Below, one piece after another: positions 1 to 7,045 of a DNA stretch of 13,315 nt. The notes beneath the pieces were generated by a model that saw only the letters and a list, made by a program, of their open reading frames with translations, had not been told where the DNA came from and searched no databases. The position numbers and the translations under genes were made by a program. This stretch comes from a bacterium. Lineage in GTDB: Bacteria; SZUA-182; DTGQ01; JAFGSM01. The stretch covers positions 1 to 13,315 of the forward strand of contig JBLIRO010000111.1 in the NCBI GenBank assembly GCA_049472335.1, read 5' to 3'. Positions within the stretch are counted from its first letter, which is position 1. Each line of letters starts with the position of its first letter.

Positions 1-522
1 GGGTGCTCTTTTTACAAGCTGTACTGCCTTTTTTCTTGTCCCGAAGTCTTCTTCTATGGCGTCTGCCAATAAACGGGCTATTGAAAGATCATCAAGATCG
101 TCTGTTGCAATGTCATATGCTTCAGCAAGAGCTCTAAGCTTTGCAGGCTCCCTTATCTCATAGCCGGGGGCTTCACCCTCTCCCACTTTCCTCAGAAGCT
201 CAACCATCTCGCGGCCATGATCAGAGTGAGCGGCTGCCCCGCTCGCTATCATCCTGAGAAGATTGCGGGCTACAATGATGTGGGCATCGGCGCCGCATAC
301 GCCCTTTTTGGACTCGGGGTTCTTGGGGTTGATCCTGCAAGGCCCCATCATACAGATCCTGCAGGTAAGCCCGGCTTCACAGAATGTACAATGATTCTTC
401 TGTTCCTGATATCTGTCCCATACTGTCTCTACCCCGTCCCTGCGCGCCTTTTCAATCATGATTTGTCCATCGAGGGTTACTGTGCAATCTTCCGGAAGCA
501 AAGCCTTTTCTTGCTTAATCAT
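1..522 (-). CDS. cooS: Anaerobic carbon-monoxide dehydrogenase catalytic subunit (Ni-CODH, CooS/AcsA), 5' part; continues beyond the window edge
   Basis: ATG at 522-520 with AGGAGG at 536-531. The frame is open to position 1: MIKQEKALLPEDCTVTLDGQIMIEKARRDGVETVWDRYQEQKNHCTFCEAGLTCRICMMGPCRINPKNPESKKGVCGADAHIIVARNLLRMIASGAAAHSDHGREMVELL...EDFG...KRAP. Hallmark CooS motifs are ETVWDR, CxxCxMGPCRI, GVCGA and AAAHSDHGR. Confidence 0.97.
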   Translation of the reverse strand, partial: MIKQEKALLPEDCTVTLDGQIMIEKARRDGVETVWDRYQEQKNHCTFCEAGLTCRICMMGPCRINPKNPESKKGVCGADAHIIVARNLLRMIASGAAAHSDHGREMVELLRKVGEGEAPGYEIREPAKLRALAEAYDIATDDLDDLSIARLLADAIEEDFGTRKKAVQLVKRAP

Positions 523-561
523 TTATTTATCCTCCTATGGTTGATCAAAATTAAAAAAATC

Positions 562-609
562 AAAAAAAAAGCCCGTTCGAAGGCTCAATAAGCGCCTTCA
601 AACGGGCTT
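562..609 (-). terminator. Intrinsic terminator about 40 nt upstream of the cooS start (leader attenuator)
   Basis: The minus-strand RNA AAGCCCGUUUGAAGGC-9 nt loop-GCCUUCGAACGGGCUU forms a 16-bp stem whose single mismatch is a G-U wobble in this orientation. It ends in a 9-U run (plus-strand A tract 562-570). Confidence 0.85.
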
Positions 610-654
610 CATATTCATGGTGGTCCCATTTATCAGCGGTTTTCGCTGTTGATA
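600..654 (-). promoter_or_regulatory. Putative antiterminator plus upstream hairpin in the cooS leader
   Basis: AAAUGGG (631-625) can pair with CCCGUUU (606-600, inside the 5' arm of the terminator), enclosing ACCAC-CAU-GAAU-AUG-AAG. Just upstream is a second hairpin, CAGCG-AAAAC-CGCUG (about 631-654 with flanks). Confidence 0.5.
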
Positions 655-747
655 TCAGTGATTCGTTTAATTATATGCTCAGAGGATCCCTCCTTTCTTT
701 ATAATTTATAGTGTTATCATTATTCATATCTATCAAGTTTCTAGAAT

Positions 748-924
748 CTATCTGGATTTTCTTTCATATCTTGCTTCCGCAAACTCATACATTCTTTTTT
801 CTATCTTTTTGCTAATGTCTCCCTTATGAAAATTGATTGTGAGAGACCCTGTAAAATTATCCTTTAGGAGATCCAAAATAACTTCATTAATAATTTCTAA
901 TGTATAAGTTGCTTCTGGTTTCAA
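748..924 (-). CDS. 58-aa small protein, YezD/DUF2292-like (by resemblance), missed by the ORF track
   Basis: Strong RBS AGGAGGAG (938-931), TTG start at 924, TAG stop at 750-748: MKPEATYTLEIINEVILDLLKDNFTGSLTINFHKGDISKKIEKRMYEFAEARYERKSR. The helix followed by FTGSLTINFHKG..IEK resembles the (F/Y)GSVxIxxHDGx(4-5)IE pattern I recall for DUF2292. It lies directly downstream of a sigma54 promoter. Confidence 0.7.
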   Translation of the reverse strand: MKPEATYTLEIINEVILDLLKDNFTGSLTINFHKGDISKKIEKRMYEFAEARYERKSR

Positions 925-981
925 TTGTGTCTCCTCCTGTTTTTGATAATTTTAAGTATCAATTAATTTTGCCCTATAAAG

Positions 982-998
982 AGCAAGTCCTATGCCAG
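982..998 (-). promoter_or_regulatory. sigma54 (RpoN) -24/-12 promoter driving the small ORF-cooS transcript
   Basis: The minus strand reads CTGGCATAGGACTTGCT, with exact GG-N10-GC spacing and a close match to TGGCAC-N5-TTGC(A/T). The predicted start near 971 is about 45 nt upstream of the small ORF. Confidence 0.75.
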
Positions 999-1145
999 GT
1001 TTCTCTTAAGTTTGAAGAGATGTAGATTTTTAGAGGTAAAAAGGGGGATAACCTGACACCCCTTGCAGCACAAGAAGAGCCAAAGACCCCAAAATGTGAT
1101 TTTCCTTTCTGACAGGTATGACTTTTTTTGCAAAATGAAAAAAGG

Positions 1146-1185
1146 TGTGAATAATTTTTCCACCATATGTGAAAAGTTTTTCAAC
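1146..1185. promoter_or_regulatory. Tandem 18-bp semi-palindromic sites, probable upstream activator sequences for a sigma54 enhancer-binding protein
   Basis: TGTGAATAATTTTTCCAC (1146-1163) and TGTGAAAAGTTTTTCAAC (1168-1185) match at 15/18 positions with a 22-bp period. The second contains the palindrome TGAAAA-GT-TTTTCA. They lie about 150-190 bp upstream of the -24 box. Confidence 0.5.
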
Positions 1186-1270
1186 TCAATGCCAAAAAAA
1201 TTTAGTAAATAAAAAAATATATAAATTAAATAACTATAAAATTAATTTTTAGGAGGCGGGTTGTGATTTT

Positions 1271-1299
1271 TAAAAGAAATTTTGAAGTCTTTCCGATAT
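1271..1299 (+). promoter_or_regulatory. Possible sigma28 (FliA/SigD)-type promoter for the H-NOX gene
   Basis: TAAAAG followed by TCCGATAT (1292-1299) resembles TAAA-N15/16-GCCGATA(A/T). The spacing is 1-2 nt long if measured from TAAA. Confidence 0.35.
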
Positions 1300-1422
1300 A
1301 TAAAATATAAAAATAAATATCTATTGATTAAAATTCCCAGGGGACTGATTTTAAAATTTTTTTTAAATCAGTTTGAAATCATTAGTTATTATAAACCTTA
1401 AATCCTGAAGGAGGTATAAACT

Positions 1423-1947
1423 ATGAAGGGAGTCATCGTTCAGTGCTTGGAAAACCTGGTAAAAGAAAAGTTTGGGAAGGATAAGTGGGAACAATCTCTT
1501 GAAAATGCCGGTTTACAAAAGAATACCATTTTTTTGGCAACCGAGGATGTGGATGATAGCGCTATTTTAAATGTTATCGGTTGTTTATGTAAGAACCTGA
1601 ATATTAATCTTAATCAAGCGGCAGACGCATTTGGAGATTATTGGGTAAATGTTTTTGCTCCAAAGGTATATAATTCGTTTTATATCGGAGTAAATTCAGC
1701 CAAGGAATTTCTTTTAAAAATGGACGATGTTCATAAATTAACGACAAATACTATTCCAAATGCAAAACCCCCGAGATTTGAATATGAATGGAAGGATGAT
1801 AAAACCCTCATTATGCAATATAATTCTACCAGGGGATTGATTGATTTCTTTGTTGGTCTGGTAAAAGGTGTCGGAAAATACTATAATGAAAACATTGATG
1901 TAAGAAAACTAGGGACTGATAAGATAGAGATCGTTTTTACTGCATAA
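1423..1947 (+). CDS. Stand-alone heme NO-binding (H-NOX/HNOB) domain protein
   Basis: RBS AAGGAGG. N-terminal MKGVI..L...V.EKFG..KW, proximal His in MDDVH (H104), PPRF proline motif and the YxSxR heme-propionate motif (YNSTR). Confidence 0.95.
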   Translation: MKGVIVQCLENLVKEKFGKDKWEQSLENAGLQKNTIFLATEDVDDSAILNVIGCLCKNLNINLNQAADAFGDYWVNVFAPKVYNSFYIGVNSAKEFLLKMDDVHKLTTNTIPNAKPPRFEYEWKDDKTLIMQYNSTRGLIDFFVGLVKGVGKYYNENIDVRKLGTDKIEIVFTA

Positions 1948-2061
1948 AAAGAGAGTGTATAATCTTCAAATACCCCTTTCTATATATATAATATAGGGCA
2001 GGCTTAGGGTATAAGAACGCCATAAATCAAGTTATGGTCAAATACGGATAAATTTTAGTAA

Positions 2062-2154
2062 CGGGATCAGATATTGACATTTACTAATCGATTTTGTTAA
2101 TGATTGAAAAAATAAGAATTTTTATTTAAAGCCAAATGTCAAAACCTGATCCCG
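2062..2154. repeat. 93-bp element bounded by 21-bp inverted repeats (REP/REPIN- or MITE-like)
   Basis: CGGGATCAGATATTGACATTT (2062-2082) matches the reverse complement of 2134-2154 (CGGGATCAGGTTTTGACATTT) at 19/21 positions, around a 51-bp AT-rich spacer. Confidence 0.7.
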
Positions 2155-2298
2155 CTTATCATTTCAACATTTCATATGTATATATCTTCCTTAATTCCAC
2201 TCAATTCTTCTATCACCCGTCTCTCCCGGCTTAGCGTTAAGTCCAAACTGTAAAATTAAGGATTAAAAAGAATTTGTTTTAAAATTTGCCTCTTGCAT

Positions 2299-2318
2299 TT
2301 TGAAATTTACATTTCAAA
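2299..2318. promoter_or_regulatory. Perfect 8-4-8 palindrome upstream of the DsbA-like gene, possible operator
   Basis: TTTGAAAT-TTAC-ATTTCAAA. The AT-rich context lowers its significance. Confidence 0.3.
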
Positions 2319-2407
2319 TTTTTAGTCTTATTTTATGTCTTGCTTTGTTGTATAAAATAGTTTAATCTGTAAAATAATTCTAAGTAAGGAAGAGAAAGGA
2401 TGGATGA

Positions 2408-3292
2408 ATGATGAAAAATTATCTTTTTAAACGGAATATTGCTTTTTTTATCATTATTATTATTTGTTCAATCTGCTCTTTTTCAGGTTACCAAAAGAGC
2501 GCCTATGCCAAAATTGAATGGAGTATTATAGCAAAGATCGAGCTTGATGATGCTCCTAAGGATATGGCGCTGTCAGGCGATAATACAACTGCTTATATCC
2601 TGGGCACTAAAAATATACTGATTTATTCGTTATCCGAAAATAAGGTTACCGATACCATCCCCATAACAGGGAGCTATTCTCAAATTACGCTTTCCAGTGA
2701 TGGGGAAAAACTTTTTGTTACGGATCCTGAATCGAAAGAGTTTTCAATCATAGAGATATCAGAAGTTTATGACATTCCGGCAGAACAATCCCCAGTGATA
2801 GGAAAATCAGATGCCCCGGTCAGCATTGTGGCATTCCTTGATTTCCAATGTCCTTATTGCGCCAGAGTCTATCCCGTACTTGAAATGCTGCTGGGAAAAT
2901 ATCCGAATGAAGTAAATCTAATTATTAAACACAATCCCCTCAGAATGCACCGCTATGCAGAAAATGCGTCCCTTGCGGCACTGGCATCTGCCAAACAGCA
3001 AAAATACCGGGAAATTACAAAGTTGCTCTTTGATAATTATAAAGATCTAAATGACGATACGATTAAAAAATATCTGGAAGAAGCCGGCCTTGATATGGAA
3101 GCCCTTAATTCCGCGTATAATGATCCTTCCCTTAAGAAAATTATAGGAGAAGATTTAAACCTTGGCGCCAGGTTAAAGGTCAGGGGGGTACCCACTCTTT
3201 TTATAAATGGAAGGCGAGTAAAAGACCGTTCTTTGAATGCGCTTTCAGAGATGGTAGATCAAGAGCTTGCTAAAGGTAAAAGGGATAAATAG
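2408..3292 (+). CDS. Exported DsbA-family thioredoxin-fold oxidoreductase with an N-terminal beta-propeller-blade-like segment
   Basis: Signal peptide ending SAYA. Blade-like repeats PKDMALSGD..AYIL and SQITLSSDGEKLFV. C-terminal G..DAPVSIVAFLDFQCPYC, IKHNPL..H and GVPTLFING (cis-Pro loop). Confidence 0.9.
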   Translation: MMKNYLFKRNIAFFIIIIICSICSFSGYQKSAYAKIEWSIIAKIELDDAPKDMALSGDNTTAYILGTKNILIYSLSENKVTDTIPITGSYSQITLSSDGEKLFVTDPESKEFSIIEISEVYDIPAEQSPVIGKSDAPVSIVAFLDFQCPYCARVYPVLEMLLGKYPNEVNLIIKHNPLRMHRYAENASLAALASAKQQKYREITKLLFDNYKDLNDDTIKKYLEEAGLDMEALNSAYNDPSLKKIIGEDLNLGARLKVRGVPTLFINGRRVKDRSLNALSEMVDQELAKGKRDK

Positions 3293-3348
3293 GATCTAAA
3301 TTTCGGTGATAATAATAATATCCGATTCAAAATGAGAATCGCTGATTA

Positions 3349-3378
3349 TTGACACCATCAATATTTATTGTATATACT
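3349..3378 (+). promoter_or_regulatory. sigma70-type promoter for the TPR gene
   Basis: TTGACA (3349-3354), 18-nt spacer, TATACT (3373-3378). Confidence 0.5.
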
Positions 3379-3419
3379 TTATTATATAAGGACTTAAACA
3401 ACCGGAAGGAATATAATAA

Positions 3420-4229
3420 ATGATTAAATTCAGAAAAAAAACAGGACTTCTAGTTTTTTTATTTATCCTTAGTTCATTTCCTCTTGCCGTTATCGCTTCC
3501 GAGCTTGCCTATCAATATTTTGAATTGGGCATTTCCTATTATGACCAGGGGAATTATGAAAAGGCACTGGCTGAATTTCAGAAGGCAGTCCGAGAAAAAT
3601 CGGATTTTGCTCAGTCGTACTATAATATGGCAATTATTTATGATAAGCAGGAGAGGTTTCAGGATGCCATTGAGGCATATAAAAAGGTCCTTCAGCTTGA
3701 TCCGAATATCGGTATGATTTTGGAAAATTTGGCACTTGATAACTATCTGGTCGGCAATTTTAAAGACGCCATGTACTATGTAAAACTAGCGGAATCTAAG
3801 GGGAAGCCGATTAACAAAATGCTTCAGAATCAAATTTGGGCAGAGTATATGAAAGGGACAACCGGGACTTTGATTGCACCTCCCTGGGCTGAGGAAGGGA
3901 TGTCAAAATCCTTAAGGCGGGATATTGAGTCTGATATTTTCAGCCTTGAGAAGGAATTAGAGCAGAAAATGGCCACAGCAAATGATTTGCTTGAATTAGG
4001 GATAAAATATCGTCAAATCGGAGATATTGATAAAGCGATTGAAATCCTGAAAAGGGCGCAGACACAAGATCCTGGAAATTATATGATATTTGCGGAATTA
4101 GGTTTGTGCTCATACTTGAATGACGATGTAGACCTTTTTATTAAATATATGGAAAAGGCCCATGAGTTAGGCTATAATCCTTCCAAATCACTGCTTGATC
4201 TTTACTCCCAGTCCATTCCCAAGGATTAA
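3420..4229 (+). CDS. Exported tetratricopeptide-repeat protein
   Basis: Hydrophobic N-terminal signal. TPR consensus segments YFELGISYYDQGNYEKALAEFQKA, SYYNMAIIYDKQERFQDAIEAYKKVLQLDP and LELGIKYRQIGDIDKAIEILKRA. Confidence 0.9.
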   Translation: MIKFRKKTGLLVFLFILSSFPLAVIASELAYQYFELGISYYDQGNYEKALAEFQKAVREKSDFAQSYYNMAIIYDKQERFQDAIEAYKKVLQLDPNIGMILENLALDNYLVGNFKDAMYYVKLAESKGKPINKMLQNQIWAEYMKGTTGTLIAPPWAEEGMSKSLRRDIESDIFSLEKELEQKMATANDLLELGIKYRQIGDIDKAIEILKRAQTQDPGNYMIFAELGLCSYLNDDVDLFIKYMEKAHELGYNPSKSLLDLYSQSIPKD

Positions 4230-4862
4230 TTTTCTCACTTCCTCCAGGGAGTCACAGATAAAATCCGCATCTTGAAGATATTCTTCGGATAAAGAGGTTG
4301 TTATCGCTATACATAATGCGCCCGCTTTTTTAGCGGATAATATTCCAAAAGGGGCATTTTCGATAACAATGGTATCCGCCGGTGTTATTTTCAAATCCTC
4401 TATTGCTTTCATATAAGGGTCCGGGGCTGGTTTCCCATTTTTTACGCTTTCTCCCGTAATAAGAACATCAAACGATTTTATCAGACAGGATGGCAGTACA
4501 TAATCTATTTCACCCCTCGATGTCCCTGTCACCAGTCCAAGGAGGTATCCCTCGGTTTTAAGATCATCGATAAATGATTCAATCCCCGGAAACAGATGCG
4601 GAGAAGCCATCTTTTTGAAAAGCACCTCTTTTTCCCGCAATAATTTTTTTCTCTCATCTTCACTAAGTTGTACCCCATGGTCAGCTAGTATGGCCGATAT
4701 ACTTCCGATCCCCTGCTCTCCCTCTCTCTTGTAAATCTCCAATTTGTCCAAATTTACCCCCAGTGACCGGAATATCTGGTCCCATGAACGATAATGATAT
4801 GGCATGGAATCAACAATCACTCCATCCATATCGAAAAGCACGGCTTTATATCTCTTTGTCAT
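4188..4862 (-). CDS. HAD-superfamily phosphatase (beta-phosphoglucomutase-like, subfamily IA)
   Basis: Motif I AVLFDMDGVIVDS, motif II LVTGT, motif III GKPAPDPY and motif IV VIENAPFGILSAKKAG. Confidence 0.92.
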   Translation of the reverse strand: MTKRYKAVLFDMDGVIVDSMPYHYRSWDQIFRSLGVNLDKLEIYKREGEQGIGSISAILADHGVQLSEDERKKLLREKEVLFKKMASPHLFPGIESFIDDLKTEGYLLGLVTGTSRGEIDYVLPSCLIKSFDVLITGESVKNGKPAPDPYMKAIEDLKITPADTIVIENAPFGILSAKKAGALCIAITTSLSEEYLQDADFICDSLEEVRKLILGNGLGVKIKQ

Positions 4863-4965
4863 AAATCGTTGTTCCCCTATCCAAATTTCATTTAATATAA
4901 TACAGTCTGCATCAAGAATACATCAAGCATCAACAGGGTTCACACCCAAATTATAATCTCTCTTC

Positions 4966-5535
4966 CTAAATGGGATGATAGTTAAAGTCATAGATATTGG
5001 TAATTCTCAATCCTGCCTCTGAATATTTGAAATCCACCTTAAAGGTTACAGAGATTTTTTTATAGGCCAGATTCGGTTCTATTTTGTCTGCCAGGGCTGA
5101 AGTAAAGGTTTCTATTTCGATTTCACTTACAAAATGATCTTCAAGATCTGAAGGGTTGGTTTCGTAAGTTATTTTTGATTCTTCGGTAATAGATAAACGG
5201 CTTAAGATTAAAATATATACTCTGATACAATCAATATACTTTCGGAGTAATTCATCTCTTAATAGTCTTATTTGAATTTGTTCTTTGGAAGGTGCTGAAA
5301 AGAAAGATCCCAATCCTCTTTTCGGAACTGGTGGGACTTCTAAAAGATCGATAAGGCTGCAGATATCCTTTTTTAGCATCAAGGCCATTATCTTTTGTGG
5401 CACCTGCCGTATTTGGTAAGAGGGAAGGGTGTTCAATTGGGCATGACTCAGTTGAGGACAGGTTATAAAAAGCATAAATAGATAAATCCATGCCCAAAGG
5501 CCCCAAATTTTTATCTTGTAATATTTCTTTCTCAT
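4966..5535 (-). CDS. Hypothetical exported protein
   Basis: 189-aa ORF starting 3 nt after the upstream gene's stop. Basic then hydrophobic N-terminus ending SHA-Q. No recognisable motif. Confidence 0.7.
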   Translation of the reverse strand: MRKKYYKIKIWGLWAWIYLFMLFITCPQLSHAQLNTLPSYQIRQVPQKIMALMLKKDICSLIDLLEVPPVPKRGLGSFFSAPSKEQIQIRLLRDELLRKYIDCIRVYILILSRLSITEESKITYETNPSDLEDHFVSEIEIETFTSALADKIEPNLAYKKISVTFKVDFKYSEAGLRITNIYDFNYHPI

Positions 5536-5538
5536 AGT

Positions 5539-6867
5539 TCACGTATGGGTAAGGAAAAAGGCTGCAGAAGAGAGCCCAAAAATGATGATTAAAAGAAAAA
5601 CACCGACTATTTTGAAAACCGTCCCCTTCTGTAGGCATCGCTGTGTCCCCCGTCCCATGAAAATCGCTATCGGAATACTGGAAGCCAAAAAATAGGATGC
5701 CTTGGCTGCGGAAAAGTGGGGAGTTTTTATGTTAAATATAATAAATGAAATAAGATTCAGTAAAAATAATATCAATAAAGGGAATGTAGGGGTATTCATT
5801 CTTTCCCTGAAATTTTTAGCAGTTTCTCTTCCCACATCCAAGAAGAAAAGGAGTGTAGGGAAAATGCCCAGCCATAACAATATTAGGCCTATCTTCCGGT
5901 GCCAGGGAGCGGATCTCAGAAGAAGAAAATGGGCATATGAATCAAACCAGAAATTGGAATAAAGGATACTCCAAACATATCTGGACCTGGAGATAGGTAT
6001 GTTTCCCCCGGGATTTCGTATTATCGGGTCATAAAAGGTCTTGAGATCGAATCCAAAAAAATCCGACACTTGCCTATAACCGGGGGGCTGCTCATCCATC
6101 ACCTCTGCAATTACCCGATAGTCCTGACCCAGGACAAAGGGGCGTCCGAAAAAAAGTATATTTCTCACATAATAGCCTCCGGATATTAGAAAACAGATGA
6201 CAATTACCGTAATCAGGCTGAAAACATGTTTTTTCCTGTGGCCGTCATTGAAAATGATCCTTTGAAAAAGGCAAATTACAATGGTAGCCAAAATAAGTAT
6301 TCCGGTATATTTTGAGAGTAAGGCCAAACCGCTGAATACGCCCATAAGTATTGTCATAAGAGAGCGAAGGCGGGGCTTTTGAATATACAGTATCAAAAGC
6401 CATAAATCAACGGATATCAAAAAAGCCGCCAGATGCTCATTTCCGATCATTGAACTGCTGTAGATATGAAGGGGGACAAAGAGGATAAAACAAATGCCGA
6501 GGAGTTGGATGAGAGATTGTTCAGGCCAGAGGAGATTAATGCAAAGGATTGTAAGCAGGGCTATGGCAAGGTTCGATAATGTAGAAACCGTGCGGAGAAT
6601 GTCGTGCACGGGCCAGGGTGATTTTCCCACAAGGGCTTTCCAGATGCCTGCCATTAAGAAATAGTAGAGGGGGGGGTGGAAGGTGGACCATCCCTCATTG
6701 GCCAGCGGAATATCCAATCCTGATTTCATCTGATATATATATGACAGGTGTCCGCTGGCATCATAACCACCTGCAGGGATGAATTTAAAATTGTTATTCA
6801 ACCTGATAAAAGCGGCTGCCAGGAAGCATAGCAAGACGATTAAAAGAAAAACCTTTGAACGGGTCAT
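5539..6867 (-). CDS. Integral-membrane GT-C glycosyltransferase (ArnT/PMT family 39-like)
   Basis: Many transmembrane segments. First-loop YDASGHLSY, HPPLYY, IGNEHL, GLALLSKYTG and YYVRN..FG are typical of lipid-linked-sugar GT-C enzymes. Confidence 0.88.
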   Translation of the reverse strand: MTRSKVFLLIVLLCFLAAAFIRLNNNFKFIPAGGYDASGHLSYIYQMKSGLDIPLANEGWSTFHPPLYYFLMAGIWKALVGKSPWPVHDILRTVSTLSNLAIALLTILCINLLWPEQSLIQLLGICFILFVPLHIYSSSMIGNEHLAAFLISVDLWLLILYIQKPRLRSLMTILMGVFSGLALLSKYTGILILATIVICLFQRIIFNDGHRKKHVFSLITVIVICFLISGGYYVRNILFFGRPFVLGQDYRVIAEVMDEQPPGYRQVSDFFGFDLKTFYDPIIRNPGGNIPISRSRYVWSILYSNFWFDSYAHFLLLRSAPWHRKIGLILLWLGIFPTLLFFLDVGRETAKNFRERMNTPTFPLLILFLLNLISFIIFNIKTPHFSAAKASYFLASSIPIAIFMGRGTQRCLQKGTVFKIVGVFLLIIIFGLSSAAFFLTHT

Positions 6868-7045
6868 ATCTTTGAGGATTAAAAAAAACTTTTCATCCGC
6901 TTAAAAGCATACCTGGGATTTTTATCATGAAATCAATTATTAATGCTGCTTATATTTTTTTAGTTACATTACCATATCCATATATTTTGAGTTTATTCTT
7001 TCGTATATTATAGGTGAAGATTTTTTAATTTCCAACTACGTATCC

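Noticed and set aside
217..591. 124-aa plus-strand ORF from the track
   Set aside because: It is the antisense shadow of cooS and its leader terminator, with no recognisable motif.
562..700. Known riboswitch or T-box in the cooS leader (TGGGACCACC recalls ZTP and T-box elements)
   Set aside because: It lacks the ZTP GACTGRCG and CGCCTGGGC elements, the T-box GGTGGNACC and stem I, and THF or NiCo signatures. It is kept only as an unclassified attenuator.
990..1184. 64-aa minus-strand ORF
   Set aside because: It has no clear RBS and overlaps the sigma54 promoter and tandem upstream sites, so the region is better explained as regulatory DNA.
1000..1200. CooA/CRP box (TGTCA-N6-TGACA or TGTGA-N6-TCACA) upstream of cooS
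   Set aside because: Only half-sites are present, and CooA acts at sigma70 promoters while the promoter here looks sigma54-type.
1344..1372. Inverted repeat ACTGATTT...AAATCAGT upstream of H-NOX
   Set aside because: It is real but very AT-rich, and I cannot distinguish operator, RNA hairpin or chance.
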